From the NCBI GenBank assembly GCA_965112735.1, contig OZ218953.1:558001-622000 (forward strand): 64,000 nucleotides of DNA, in the 5' to 3' direction. This document shows, in pieces, positions 24,435-36,529 of this stretch (position 1 is the stretch's first letter; the number at the start of each line of letters is the position of its first letter). The position numbers and the translations under genes were made by a program. This DNA comes from Phaeosaccion multiseriatum. Its lineage: Eukaryota > Protista > Ochrophyta, other classes. The notes under the pieces were generated by a model. That model had not been told where the DNA came from. It saw only the letters and a list, made by a program, of their open reading frames with translations, and did not search any database.

Positions 24435-27400
24435 TACACACACACAAGCACACACACACACACACCAAGCACCTCCCACCACGAACCTGCTGCAAGTGCG
24501 TCTTTGGAGGCGCCACACCGGCCCTCACCGCTGCTCTTGGCCTTGCTCTTGGCATTGGCATTGGCAGTGGAGTTGGAGTTATCACAGTTGGCTTCGGCGG
24601 TGTGATGATGTGCTTCTTTCGCTCGACACTCGGGGCACCCGTCTACTCCTCCGTCCACACTGTCCACTCTGGTCCCCACGAGATGAGCGAGGCCGCTTAC
24701 CACCCCCTCCAGCCGGGCCTCTGTCAGCCCATCCACCCCGCCTACGCGGCACGCGAACACGTCCACAAGGGTGATGCACACCGCTGGCGGCGCTGCGGTA
24801 TCACCAACTGCTGCTGCTGTAGTGCTAGCTGTGGAGGATGCAGGCATGGCGACGTCTCCCATCTCTCCCTCCGGAGGATCAACACGCAAACCGAGCAGCG
24901 TCTGGGCCACCCCGGCCGCCTTGCACTGCTGACACGCGGTGGGGCCCTTACCCTTGCCCTTTGCACCGCCCTTGAGCGCATCAAGCACGGCAAGGCAGCG
25001 CTTCCTCTTCTTCTTTCGCTCCTTCTCCTCGTGGCCACTGTTGATGGTGCTGTTCCTGCCTAGAACCTCAAGCGGGGCGGCTGCCTTGTCCTTGGCCTGG
25101 TCTTTCTTGCCTTTCCTCGTGCTGCTCTTGACCATGTTGGTAGCAGGAGGGGGGAGAGGAGGTGCATCAATATCACTGTTCGCAGCACGCACTCCCTTCT
25201 TGCCCTTGCGTACACCACTTCCTCTCCCGTCCTCCTTGCTTCTGCTGCCACTCTTGCTGCGGACGGAGGCTCCCACTGTGTCACTGACGGCGCAGGAGGG
25301 GCCTTCCTCTTCAGGCCTCCGGGCCAGTACCTTGGAAAGCACGGCAGCGATCTTGTCGGACTTCAGAGGCGCAGGCTTTGGCTTTGTGGCGGCGCTACTC
25401 TCACTGCCCCACTGCTGCTCTTCGCGCTTATCCTCGCTGGTGTTGACCCCGTCAGACACTACATCCTCCTCGTTCGGTCTATCGCTACCGTCGCCACTCC
25501 CACATCGGCCCTCAACACGCGTGTTAAGGTTGGGCACCCCGCCCGCCTGCTTCTCCTTCTCCTTCCGAAGCCCCTCCTGTTCTTGTGTCTTTTGCTTCTC
25601 CTCGTCATCGTAACCCCCCCCCCCCTCCTCCTCCTCATCTCCCTCCTCGATATGTTGCTCCTGCCTTTCCTGTCCCTCGCAATCATCCTCCCATTCCTCC
25701 AGCACCTTCTCCTGCTCCTCCTCCTCCTCCTCCTCCTTCTCCTCCTCCTTCTCCTCCTCCTGCTTCTTCTCCTCCTCCTCCTCCTCCTCCTCCTTCTCCT
25801 CCTCCTCCTCCTCCTTCTTCTTCTCCTCCTCCTGCTTCTCCTTCTCCTCGTCCTCCTTCTCCTCCTCCTCCTCCATCACCTCCTCCTTATCCTCCTCCTC
25901 CCCTTCTTCCACCACCTCCTCCTGCACCCCCTCCTCTTCCTCCTCCTTGTCCGGCACCTCCTCCCCCTCCTCCTTTTCCTTCTCTTCTGCAGGTGGCTCC
26001 CTACTGAAATCTCTGTACACTTTATCTCGGAGCTCGATTTCCTCCTTGCGGAACTCCTCCAATGCACGAGCCGCTTCTGCATCCAAATCAGCGTTGCTTC
26101 GTCCCTCCTCCAGCCCACTTCCTGCTGGTGTTGGTGGTACGGCGTCGCCCCAAGTTTGCAGAGCACTCAACACTTTACGACTCAGCCTGTGAGTGAGTGA
26201 GCGGATGGGTGGCTGCGTGAGTGAGTGAGTGAGTTGATGGGTGAGTGAGTGAGTGAGTGGCGGATGAGTGAGTGAGTGAGTGAGTGAGTGAGTGAGTGAG
26301 TGAGTGCGTGAGTGACAAAAACAGAGGGACATGGACAAGGAGAGGGAGAGGGAGGGAGAGAGTTGTGACTGAGCCTCTGACGCACCGGAGCTTCTTGTCC
26401 TTTGTGTACAGCGCACGCGTCCAAGAGAGCCACATACAGAGGAGGCGTAAGCAAAGGAGGGAGCCCCCTGGATAGGAGCAAGTTCCCCTTTGGTTCTGCA
26501 GGAGGCCCGGCAGCCAGCAAGGGTCTTCTCGCAGATTCAGCATAGCTTTGTGCAGCCCTTTCTCAGCGGACCCTATATTATGCGTTGTCGTGCGGAGTGT
26601 TCGAACGGCAGGTGTGTGCATGAGTGGGGGATATACAGGGGGGTGCATTGTTCCTCTGACGCCCGGAGCCACTACTACAGCGAGCTAAGCACTCACCGAC
26701 AGGCTGAACGAACCAGTCGAAGTCTTGGTGCGAAGTGACGTTGATGAGCACCTCGACAGCTGCAAGAAGAGAGTGTTGCGGGGTGTGGGGAAAGGCGATG
26801 TCGAGTGAACGTGTTAAGAGAGAGGGCAGGGGAGAGGGACGCAGAGGAGCGGCTGCAAGGGCAGGGGAGGGGCGCTGAGCGCAGGCGTTTGGAGAAGGGG
26901 CAGGGAGAGAGAGAGAGAAGGAAGAGTGTTTCTTACCCTGCCCTCGCAGAATGAGGTTGTCGTGTCGGAGTAGCGCAGCCAGCGCAGAGAGCCCGCCCGA
27001 GAGGATGAAGGACTGCAGGAAGGGCCAGCTTCGCACGTGATAGAGATACAGCATGGCCAGATGAGGCAGCTGCGAGAGGAGAGGAGGGGGGGATGGGGGA
27101 TGTGAGAGCAGTGAGCGGCTTAAGTGGGCTCTGAGAAGTAGGGAAATGACATGAAAGAGCCTGCAGGGTCAGCGAAGCGGGTGTTCGGGGAAGGGCCGCC
27201 ACCCTCCCACCACCAGACAGGTGGGTGAAGCTAACAAGATGGGGAACATGCTGTACCTGCGTCACTGCCTGAGGATGCTGTGACCCAGCTCCCTCCGGCT
27301 CGCTGTGTATCAGTGCCGGATAGAGCTGTGCGTGGTCGGGCAGGGCGGGAAAGAACATGATGTGTCTAGCCTCATCATCCCCCACCCGCCTCCTGAGAAC

Positions 27401-27714
27401 CGCCTCCAAGGCGGACGTGCTGGGCCCCGAGAAGTCCCGGCGAAATCGCTGTGGAAGGCAAAGGGGTGGAATGCATTGCGAAAGAGGAGGTGAGACGTGC
27501 TGGTCCGGCAAGGGCGTTTCCCTTCCCTTGTCCACTGAAGCTTCCATTGTTCTCTCTTCATGTGTACCTTCTGCACTTGGGCTGCCATTTCTGGAGGGAA
27601 GGACTGGCAGATAGTGCTCATGAGCTCCTCGAATCGCTGCGCCAGAGGGACCGCTGGTCTATCCTTAAGGTCTGTCGCTGCTGCTGGGCCATTAGCACTC
27701 TCCTGGGTCACCAT
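24017..27714 (-). CDS. Hypothetical protein: ARM-like helical N-terminus, poly-Glu middle region, helical (possibly RPAP3_C-like) C-terminus
   Basis: Exons 27714-27568, 27448-27257, 27069-26937, 26759-26697, 26572-26386, 26186-24487, 24216-24017, all in frame. GGLSALAALLRHDNLILRGQAVEVLINVT is ARM/HEAT-like. The domain names are inference. Confidence 0.7.
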
Positions 27715-27902
27715 TGCCTTGCCGACAGTACAGACAATGTTAATATCTTTCTCCCCGTCTCTCTATCACCGTATCTTTTCTCTTTGCTTAGCGCCAGGGT
27801 CGGGAGGCTTAACGGTCCAACAAATGGCGGTAACGCTCTACAACACGCCCACTTGTGTGGCCACACACCACACAGATCCCAAACACACACAAAAACGTCT
27901 CC

Positions 27903-30641
27903 ATGCGGAGTATCAACGGCAGGAGAAGACGATCCAGAGCCAAAGTTCCGAATAGGAGTAGCCGCCAGTCTTTTCTCTCAGAGAAGCCGCTGCTTCTTCT
28001 GGTCCACCTGGTGCTAGTGCTTGTGGCGAGTGAGGCACGACCCACCCGACTCTCGTCCACGTTTCGAGGCTTTCAAAGTGCAGCAAGGATTGAAGAGGGG
28101 GACGTGTACTGTGAGGAGAAGAGATCCGGCCGGCTCAGGCACGAGTCGCAACACCAGCGGGGAATGGGATTTGTATCGCCAAGCCTCATAAAGCTTTGCC
28201 CCTTCCGGGCAATTTCACGGTACCAAGGCTCGCAGTTTCTCTCAAAAGCTCAAGGGTCGGAGTCATTCGCATTCCTTGGACTCGGCAAAGGTACTAGACG
28301 TCGAGTGAGTACCAATCGCAGCAGCAGCAGCGGCGGCGGCGGTGGTGGTGGTGGTGGCGCAGCAGACATGAAAGAGCCGCACCCCTCCCCTCCAGTGATC
28401 GGAGGTGACCCCGCCTTTACAGATGCGGAAGACACCGGCAGCGAGGGCGGTAGAAGCAGTCCCTTGATGAGCATGCGAAACGGGGTATGGGTCCAGCCCG
28501 ACTTGTCCATCCACATGGACGAAATCGAGGCGGGAGGCCGCAAAGTGTACGCCAAGGTCCGGCAGCATGTCAACCCTTTGTCGTCTTCCTATCAGCGAAG
28601 CATTGAATTGGACACCGATTGGTATAGCAAAGCGTTTAAGGACACGACCAAACCCTTGCACATCGACATCGGTAAGAGCACGCACATGCACACGCGGAGA
28701 GAAGGAGAGGATAGGCCGCTGGGGGGAGGGGGGGTCAGTCAGCGGGGGACTTTTCATGAGTCCAAGTGAGCCATTACTAGGCGGTCCTCGTAGCCCGCAA
28801 ACAGAGCCGCACATACGCCACGCCACCAAACCAAAATATTGCGTCCGATCATCACCTGGCCCTTCCCTCCCTCGCCTCCCTTGCCGGCTGCTCATGCTGC
28901 TGCATCACCTCGCCCTTCCTTCCCTCTCCTCCATTGGCTACTCCTGCTGCTGCTACTGCAGGCTGTGCTAGAGGTGCGTTTCCGCTGACCATGTCGCACG
29001 CCTACCCCGGGGTTAACTTCCTCGGGCTCGAGATTCGCCGGCCGCTCGTGGCGCTCTGCCTCGACAAAGTAGCCAAGGAAGGTGAGTGAGTGAGCGCGTG
29101 AATGAGTGAGCGAGCGAGTTAGTGAGTGGGTGAGCGCGCGAATGAGTGATGGACCTAGTGGCCCTTCTGGGCGTGCTCTTCTCTACGCTCTACCTCCTTC
29201 ACCTCCTCATATTCTGTAACCCCCCCCCATTCATATACTTATGTTCTCTAACCCCCCTCTCCCCGGATCCTTGGTGCTTCTTTCCACTCCACTCCACTCC
29301 CTGTGTTTGCATTTGCGTTTACGTTTGTTCCTTTTTGCTCGCGCTCCTCGCGGCCACTTTGTTTTTCCTTTGCAGGGCTAACGAACTGCTACTTTCTGTC
29401 GTGTAACGCCAATATCGACTTGGAGAGTATCATGAAGGCTGCTGTCGACAACGGGGCGAATATCACCAACGGTTGGTCTCAACTTGATGCAGCTTGTTGT
29501 TATGACTGACCCCCTTCTTCATTGCCTTTGGGAGTGGGGGGCGTACTTTCCGACTGACATGCGTACATCCGTATGTCCTTTCGTCTGTCAACGTGAAGGG
29601 CGTGTGTGTATGCGCGCCAGACCACTCTGCCCCCCCACCTCCCTCCCTCACTCCCTCCCTCCCCCTCTCCCTCCTCCCCCCCCCCTCTCCCTCTCTCCGT
29701 CTCTCCCTTTTCACCATCCCCCTTGGCGTCCACCCCCCCGGCCTGACCGCCCCACGCCCCCCTCCTCCTCCTTCCTCCTCCTCCTCCTCCTCCTCCTCCT
29801 CCTCCTCCTCCTCCTCCTCCTCCTCCTCCTCCTCCTCCTCCTCCTCCTCCTCCTCCTCCTCCCCCTCCTCCTCCTCCTCCTCCTCCTCCTCCTCCTCCTC
29901 CTCCTCCTCCCCCCTCAGTCTCCATCCAGTTCCCAGACCCGCACTTCAAATTGCGTAACCGCAAGAGGCGTGTGGTGACCGCCGAGCTGGTGCGCGTACT
30001 GGAGAGGTACATGGGGCCTCGCTCCTCCCTCTTCATGCAGAGTGATGTGCTCGGCGTGGTGGACGATATGCGCCACGTCGTGAGGAAGCACTCGGGTGCG
30101 TAAGCCTACGTTCGCCTCCGGAGAGGGTGGGCTGTTTTGTGAAGGCCAGAAGGGGGAAGGCTGTAGGCAATAGGCGGCAGGGGTGCGTAGGCCTTCGTAG
30201 GCCTTTGTAGGTCGGGTGGGTAGATTAGCCTGCTTCCTTCTGCTCATGCCTTACCCATGGTACATCCCCGTCCTTCAACGTCCTAAACGTAGTGACCTTC
30301 TGACGAAGGATGAAGTTGCTGACTTGACTTGATGGCCTGACTAGTTGACTCACTAACCCCACTAACGCGTCGACTTGCCTCTCCGGCCTCTTGCTGCGCT
30401 CCGACCGACCGTTACACCCTCAACAACAGAGATACTGAAGGACTCACAGGAGTCCATTGACAGCTGGCTGCAGGCAGATGAAGACAATCCCTTCCTCGCC
30501 ACAGAGAGAGAGGTGTCCACTAAGGCCAAGCGGGAGAGGGGCGAGGATGAGAGCATCTACCGTTGCTTCTTCAACAAGGGGGGGGGGTGGCCACCGTCTG
30601 TCGCAGTTGGTGATACAGCAGCAGCGGTTAGCGAGCACTGA
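27903..30641 (+). CDS. trmB: tRNA (guanine-N7)-methyltransferase, organellar/bacterial type
   Basis: Exons 27903-28671, 28962-29081, 29376-29471, 29919-30095, 30430-30641. Motifs VRQHVNPL, HIDIGCARG, NFLGLEIR, SIQFPDPHFK...RRVV, FMQSDV, TERE. Long N-terminal targeting-like extension. Confidence 0.92.
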
Positions 30642-30986
30642 AGACCATGGTCTTTCTCCTTCCCTTTTCGTCTCTGTAAGCGCGACAAGCATATGGAGCC
30701 CCTCTCTGCGCTCGTATCATCTAAATGTATTTTGACACTTAAATTCTAGTCTATTTCTAGTCTATTCGTTCTTACACCTCGCGCTTGCTCTACCCCCTTT
30801 CAGAAGAATACTTCATACTGGAGAGTGAGAATAAATCAGGCCACTTGATCAGTTTTGTATCCATGGTGTTGCAGCAGATGGTACAGGAAGGCGGTGTAGC
30901 AGCAGATGGCACTAGAGGGCGCATAATACAGACGCCGTCGTGCAGGCCCCCACCCGACACCAGGTACCGTTACGGGTACCATGCAC

Positions 30987-33900
30987 TCATTCAGGATCCA
31001 TCGAATGAGGGCCCCACCAGGGGTTGACCACAAGCAGCAGCACCGACACGTTGTCTGTGGAGCCCCTCCCCCAAATGGCTTCGTCCACGAGCAGGCGGCA
31101 GCAGCGGTGAGGGCTATGGCTATTGATCATGTGCTGCTTCACCTCCTCCACCACCTCCTTGCTGCTGAACACATCGAACAGCCCATCGCAGCCGAGGAGG
31201 ATAAAGTCCGTGTGCGCAGAGAGTTGAAAGGAGGTGATGTCCGGCTCGGCTGTCACAATGAAGCTCTTGGCCGCTTCGATTGCTGCGCGTCTCTTCTTAG
31301 CCGCAGCGGCCTCCTTGTCCGCCGTCGTGCTCTCTTTAACCTCGGGGGGTGCTGCTTCGAGGGTCGCTGATTCTTCTCCTTCATCAGCTTCTTTCTCTTC
31401 CTGTTTCTCTTCCTGTTTGTCTTCTCCCTCCTCCTCTTCTTTTTCTTCTTCTTCACCCTCCCGCCTAACGGCCTTCGCATCGTCTGCGGTCTCCTTCGCC
31501 GCTGTATCACCAACTGATGGTGCAGCAGCGCTGGTTGCCTCGGCCTCGCCGTCCCTCCTATCCTTCGGCTCTACGGTGCGCTCACGGTCATCCTCAGAGC
31601 CACTGCCTCTCGCATCACCTTCCTTCCCCACGCCCTTGCCGGTGCTGTTGATGCTGCCGCCGCTGCCGCTGCTGGTGATGGTAGTGGTAGCGCTGCTCTT
31701 CTTCTCTAGGGAGGAATCAGCGGTTGCCGCTGCAGTCAGAGTGCTGAACTGCACCGCTTTGACCACTGCTCGAAACAGCCGTTTCGGCCCCTGAGCGATG
31801 CTTGAGGTCCACCCCGGCTTGCTCGGGCGGCGAGCGATCCGCTGCGATTAAGCGGGGAGATGAGACGGAGCGGGTGCGCGAAAGAGCAGTCGGGTCAAAG
31901 GGCGTGAAGAGCTGCGGCTGACGTGACGGGCGGGCGAGGCCAATGGGACCCAGGGGGGCGACAGCGGAACAGCCCAGACAAGGCCCCCTCCCGCCTTCCC
32001 TCCCTCTCCGTCCGTCCTCCTCATCCATGTGGAATTTTGTCCCCTCGACTCACCCGGCATCCCGACTATACACCCACCCACCACCCCAGCTTCAGCACCC
32101 CCCCCCCCCCCTTGTTCTCTCCACACCCCCCCAACCACACGCCCAAACATACCCACCCACACCCCACCCCACCCAAAGGTACCTAAGCACCCCCACCAAC
32201 CTGCTTATACTCGTAGTCGCCGAAGCCCCGAGAGACGTCGAGGCTGCCGAAGATTCTTCCGCTGTGTTCGCTGACCCAGCCTCCCGCCCCTTCGATTCGA
32301 TTCTCCTCCTCCGGGATGGTCGGCTTGTGGTCCATTGTCTCGTGCACAAGCTTACCTCGCGAGCTGATGATGGTCCTGACATCAGGCAAGAGTGACAGCG
32401 GCAGATTGGTGAGGTGATGCAGCAGCAACAACAACAGTTGGTGGTACAGCAGTGGTCGAACCAAGGAAGAGACGACGAAGCACCGGATTCAGTGCACAAG
32501 GATCTCATGGCGGGGGGGGGGTTGACAGTGATTTGCTCCTCTCTCACTGCACCACACACACACACACGCACACACGCACACACACACACACACTCACACT
32601 CACACACTCACACACACACACACACCTGCTGTCTCCGCTGTTGGCGAGGAAGACGTGACTGCCCAGGATGAGGGCGGCGGTGGCGGTGCTCCCGTCACGG
32701 AGGCCGTTGGGAGAGCGGAGCAGATCAAGGTCCGTGCTAAGGAAGACGTCCTTGAGCAGCCTACTCACGCTGTGGCGGAGGGTAGTCCGCAGCGTCAGGT
32801 ACTGCAGCTTCCAAGCCGTGGAAGGGGTAGCAGGAGAGGCCGAGCCAGATGTTGCTGCTGTCGTGGACTTGTAGATGAGTCTCTCCATCTCCTTCGCTAG
32901 CCAATGCAGGTGATCTTGCTGCTCGAGTAGGGCGGCTCTGACGTTGGCATGTAACGTCTTGGCGAGATGTGTGGAGGTGATGTTCCCTCCGTGCCCGTCG
33001 AAGACTGCGGCGAAAGTCTGCGGCCAGAGGAGAGTGCCTGCCAATCCCGGAACGTTGAGATTCTGAATCAAGGTCTTGGCATCTTCCATGTGGGGTCTAC
33101 GGCCTGAGGACCGGGGTTGAGGGAGGGAGGGGGATGGACGCGGGATCACGTACTTGTCAAATCACTCGCTCTTCGCTCACTCGCTCACTTGCCCACCCAC
33201 CCACCCACCCACCCACGCGCCCACCCACACCCGCCCACCTACCTACGCACTTACCCACCCACCCACCTACCCACCCATTGACATACTGTACCCACCCACC
33301 CACCCACGCACCTATGCTCTCCGCCACTCCGTAGTCAAAGCGGTTGAGCTGCAGGAGGGTTTGACCGACCATCACAACGTCCCCCACGCACAGCGGCAGA
33401 GGCTCTCTATTGGCGACGGGCCCCACGAGTTGGCAGTACGTTCCGTTCATGGATCCGACGTCACTCAAAACGAAACTGTGCCCGCACACGCGCACACACC
33501 GGAGAGACAGGGAGAGGGAGAGAGAAGAGAGGAGAGGGAGAGAGAAAGAGTGACGTCCTTCGGAGGAGGAAGGTGGGGGAACACAGCACGATCACGCAGT
33601 GTGTAGGCTACAGGGGCTTCCTTGCCTCGGTTCAGACCGAGTTAGCGAGCGACGGAAGCACCCACTCAGTGCACTCACTCACTCACCCACTCACTCACCC
33701 TTCCGCCGCCTCGTTGTCGTTTCTGTAGTCAATGCGACAGTGGCGCCTCGACAGGCCGGAGTCATTGACTTGGAGAGACGCCACATCACTGCCACGCCCC
33801 ATGGTACCGCCCTCTTGGCCAATGAAGAACACAATCCCCGCGCAGGGCCCCGTCATGGCTTGCGCTCGCAGAAAGACGGAAGCGTCGTTGTCCTCTTCAC

Positions 33901-34936
33901 CCCCCTTCCATTCTTCCTCACCCAGATCCTGCCGCAGCTCCTCGATTGCGCATTGCTGCTGCGGCTGCTGTGTGGCTGCTGCTCGTTCTGCTGCTGCTCG
34001 TTCTGTTGCTGCTCGTTCTGCTACTTTATCACCAACTGCTGCGGCTGCTGAAGGGGGTGGAGTTTGACTAGCCGCGCCATGCCTTTCTCCCCTCCCCTCG
34101 CCCCCCTCCTCGGTCTGGCCTGCCCCTTCCCGCCGCCGAAGCTCTTTGTCCATGTCTACTTTGCTCACCTTCCGTACCTGCATCACCGTCGAGCCTATGC
34201 TAAATCTGCTGCCATCTGGGAGGGGCACGCGCTCCCTGGGCCGTAGGCAGAACGACGCCGGCCACCACGTCTCCCACCTCCTCCGTTCCTTCCGCCGCCG
34301 CCTTTGCATTGCGTTCTCTCTCAGCAATGCCCCGCTGCGCCCTTCCCTCCTTCTACCCCCCTCCTTCTCCTCCTCCTCCTCCTCCTCCTCCTCCCTCTCA
34401 TCTCCGTGCTCCTCCTCCTCAACCTCTTCCTCCGTCTCCTCCTCCTCCTCCTCCCCCTCCTCCTCCTCCTGCCACGAGGAAGAAGCGTCTTCGATGTACA
34501 CCCCTGGTCGTAAAGTGGCCAAAGTAGCAGCAGAGGCATCTGCCGCCCTCTCCTCATTCGCCCGCCTGTGCACACTCGAGGACCCGCCAGCGCCAACAGC
34601 CCCTCGGGCCGAAACCTGCTGCGGCGGCGGCCGCTCTCGAGAGGAAGCAGCAGTAGCAGCAGCAGCAGCAGCAGTGAGAGCGTTGGTAGCCCCCACTTTT
34701 GCTCCGGCTGCCCCCCCTCCTCCTCCTCCTCCTCCTTCTCCTTCTCCTCCCCCAGCCGCTGCGGCTGCTGCTGCTGCTGCGACAATGGGCGAGACGAGAG
34801 AAGCCATCGCCGGGGTAGGAGGAGCCGCTAGAGGCACAGGTCTTCTCTTGAGCAAGACGCGGGCTTGACTGCTCCCCTTGATATCTGTGCTCTCCATGAA
34901 CAAGTAGTCATATTCTCCAAACCCCGAAAGCTGCTG

Positions 34937-34976
<40 letters not shown>

Positions 34977-35751
34977 GGGTGACGGGTGGATGAGGAGTCA
35001 TCCAACGTCAGACAAACCTCATCTTCGCTTCTTACTACACCCTCCTCACCCCCCTCCGGCTGCTGCCACTCCACGCCCGGCTGGGTGACTGTGGTGACGG
35101 TGGAGCTGAGATACACAGCGGGGTGGAAGTCCGCTTCCGAGGTGACATGCTTTAGGACCATCCTGATGGAGGTGACAGAGGCATGTACATATAGGCACGG
35201 TGGTAAATAATTGAGAGAAGAAGGGGGAGGAGGGATGAAGTGGACAGTTGGGTTTACACTACTGTACGTCCACCGAGGAGTGAAGTGGAGAGTATGTGCC
35301 ACGTTTCCTCCTCATCGTTACACCGCAACCCTTGTCTTCCGCTTCCCTGGCCCGCTCCTCACCCACAGCAAAATGGGTGTCTTTTGTCTGCCCTGTCGTC
35401 GTGCATAGCAACCCAACCTGCCGAGCGCACCTCACCTGTCGAGACAGAAGCCCATGGCGGACACCGGAATGGCCTCATCATTCTCGTCCTTCATGGTCTC
35501 ACTTCCCCCTTCGACTGAGCGTATGCCTGCGCCTGCCGCTCGGGTGGTGTTGCAAGCAGGAGTCCCAGCGTCGGGGCGAGGAGACGGCAAGAACGCGGGC
35601 GTGGACGGAGCAGTTCGGGTAGACCGGGTCGAGGGAGAGGCGACTTCTTCTCCTTTCTTCTTTGTTTGCCTGCGGCTGCTGCTTCTCCGTTTGAGGGACG
35701 AAGAGATTGCTTTGCTTATTGGCCAAGAGCTGTTGTCTCCATCCGTCTGTA

Positions 35752-35786
<35 letters not shown>

Positions 35787-35887
35787 GGTTGCTGCTCATT
35801 TTCGACGTTGTGGGCGACGACAGCGCCTGGGTGGTGGGACTGTAGCAGCCCCTTGACGGAGCTCGTGCGGCGAGACTTGGGGCCCAT
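30987..35887 (-). CDS. FHA-domain PP2C (PPM-type) protein phosphatase
   Basis: Exons 35887-35436, 35162-33699, 33475-33312, 33103-32626, 32375-32201, 31790-30987. FHA motifs MGRG...LSRRHCRI...DVGSMNGTY. PP2C motifs GRRPHMED, VFDGHGG, DGSTA, ANSGDSR, DHKP, SRGFGD, AEPD, LGCDGLFD, GSTDNVSV. Confidence 0.92.
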
Positions 35888-36529
35888 GGCAATGCCGCGC
35901 TCCGACTCCCTCCCTTCCCTCCCTCGTCGCTTCCTCCCTCCCCCTCCCCCCTCACTCGGCAAGAAGCGGAGCCAATCTCTCAGTCCACTCAACCCTCCTC
36001 CATGTCTCAAATGTCCCTTTCGAGGCTCCCCTCACGTCCTCCCTCCCTCAAAATGAGGGGGGGGTTTGACGTAGTCATCCATGTATCTACTTCAAAAGCC
36101 ACCATTCCTTTTCTCCTATCCCTCCTAGCAGTCTTTCAATCTCACCTCCTACCCCTCCCTACCTTTTTTTTTGTCGTTTTAGGGTTCCCCTCTCAGCACG
36201 TTTAGCAGGTCGAAACCGTCGAAACCGCCAGAGACCTATTACTTACTTCGAAGTACAAGGGGTAAAAGGTATAATAAGAGTGTTTTCGGGCAAACCCTTT
36301 GAAGGTGCCCTTTACTAACCTTTTCGGTTTGCGCCCCTCAGACCTTCAAACCCTTTGTTAGCCTTTGGCCTTCAGGCCCCAGGCCCCAGAACCTTTAAAG
36401 ACCTTTACACACGCACACGCACACGCAACCCGCACTCGATCATCCGCACTCATATAGAATTAATTATTTAATTAATTAAATTTAAACAAACAAAAAAATG
36501 CACATTCACTGCTGTCTTCCTCTGCGTCC

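Noticed and set aside
24216-24487. Apparent frameshift near the end of the ARM-like gene
   Set aside because: Resolved by using the upstream of two CTCGCAG acceptors (exon start 24216), which restores the frame.
29461-29470. TATCACCAAC partial match to the dispersed motif in trmB
   Set aside because: Only 10 nt with no CAG flanks, at an exon end in ordinary coding sequence. It was not counted.
36178-36356. TTTAGGG/AAACCCT telomere-like words in an AT-richer intergenic region
   Set aside because: Only isolated single units, with no tandem array.
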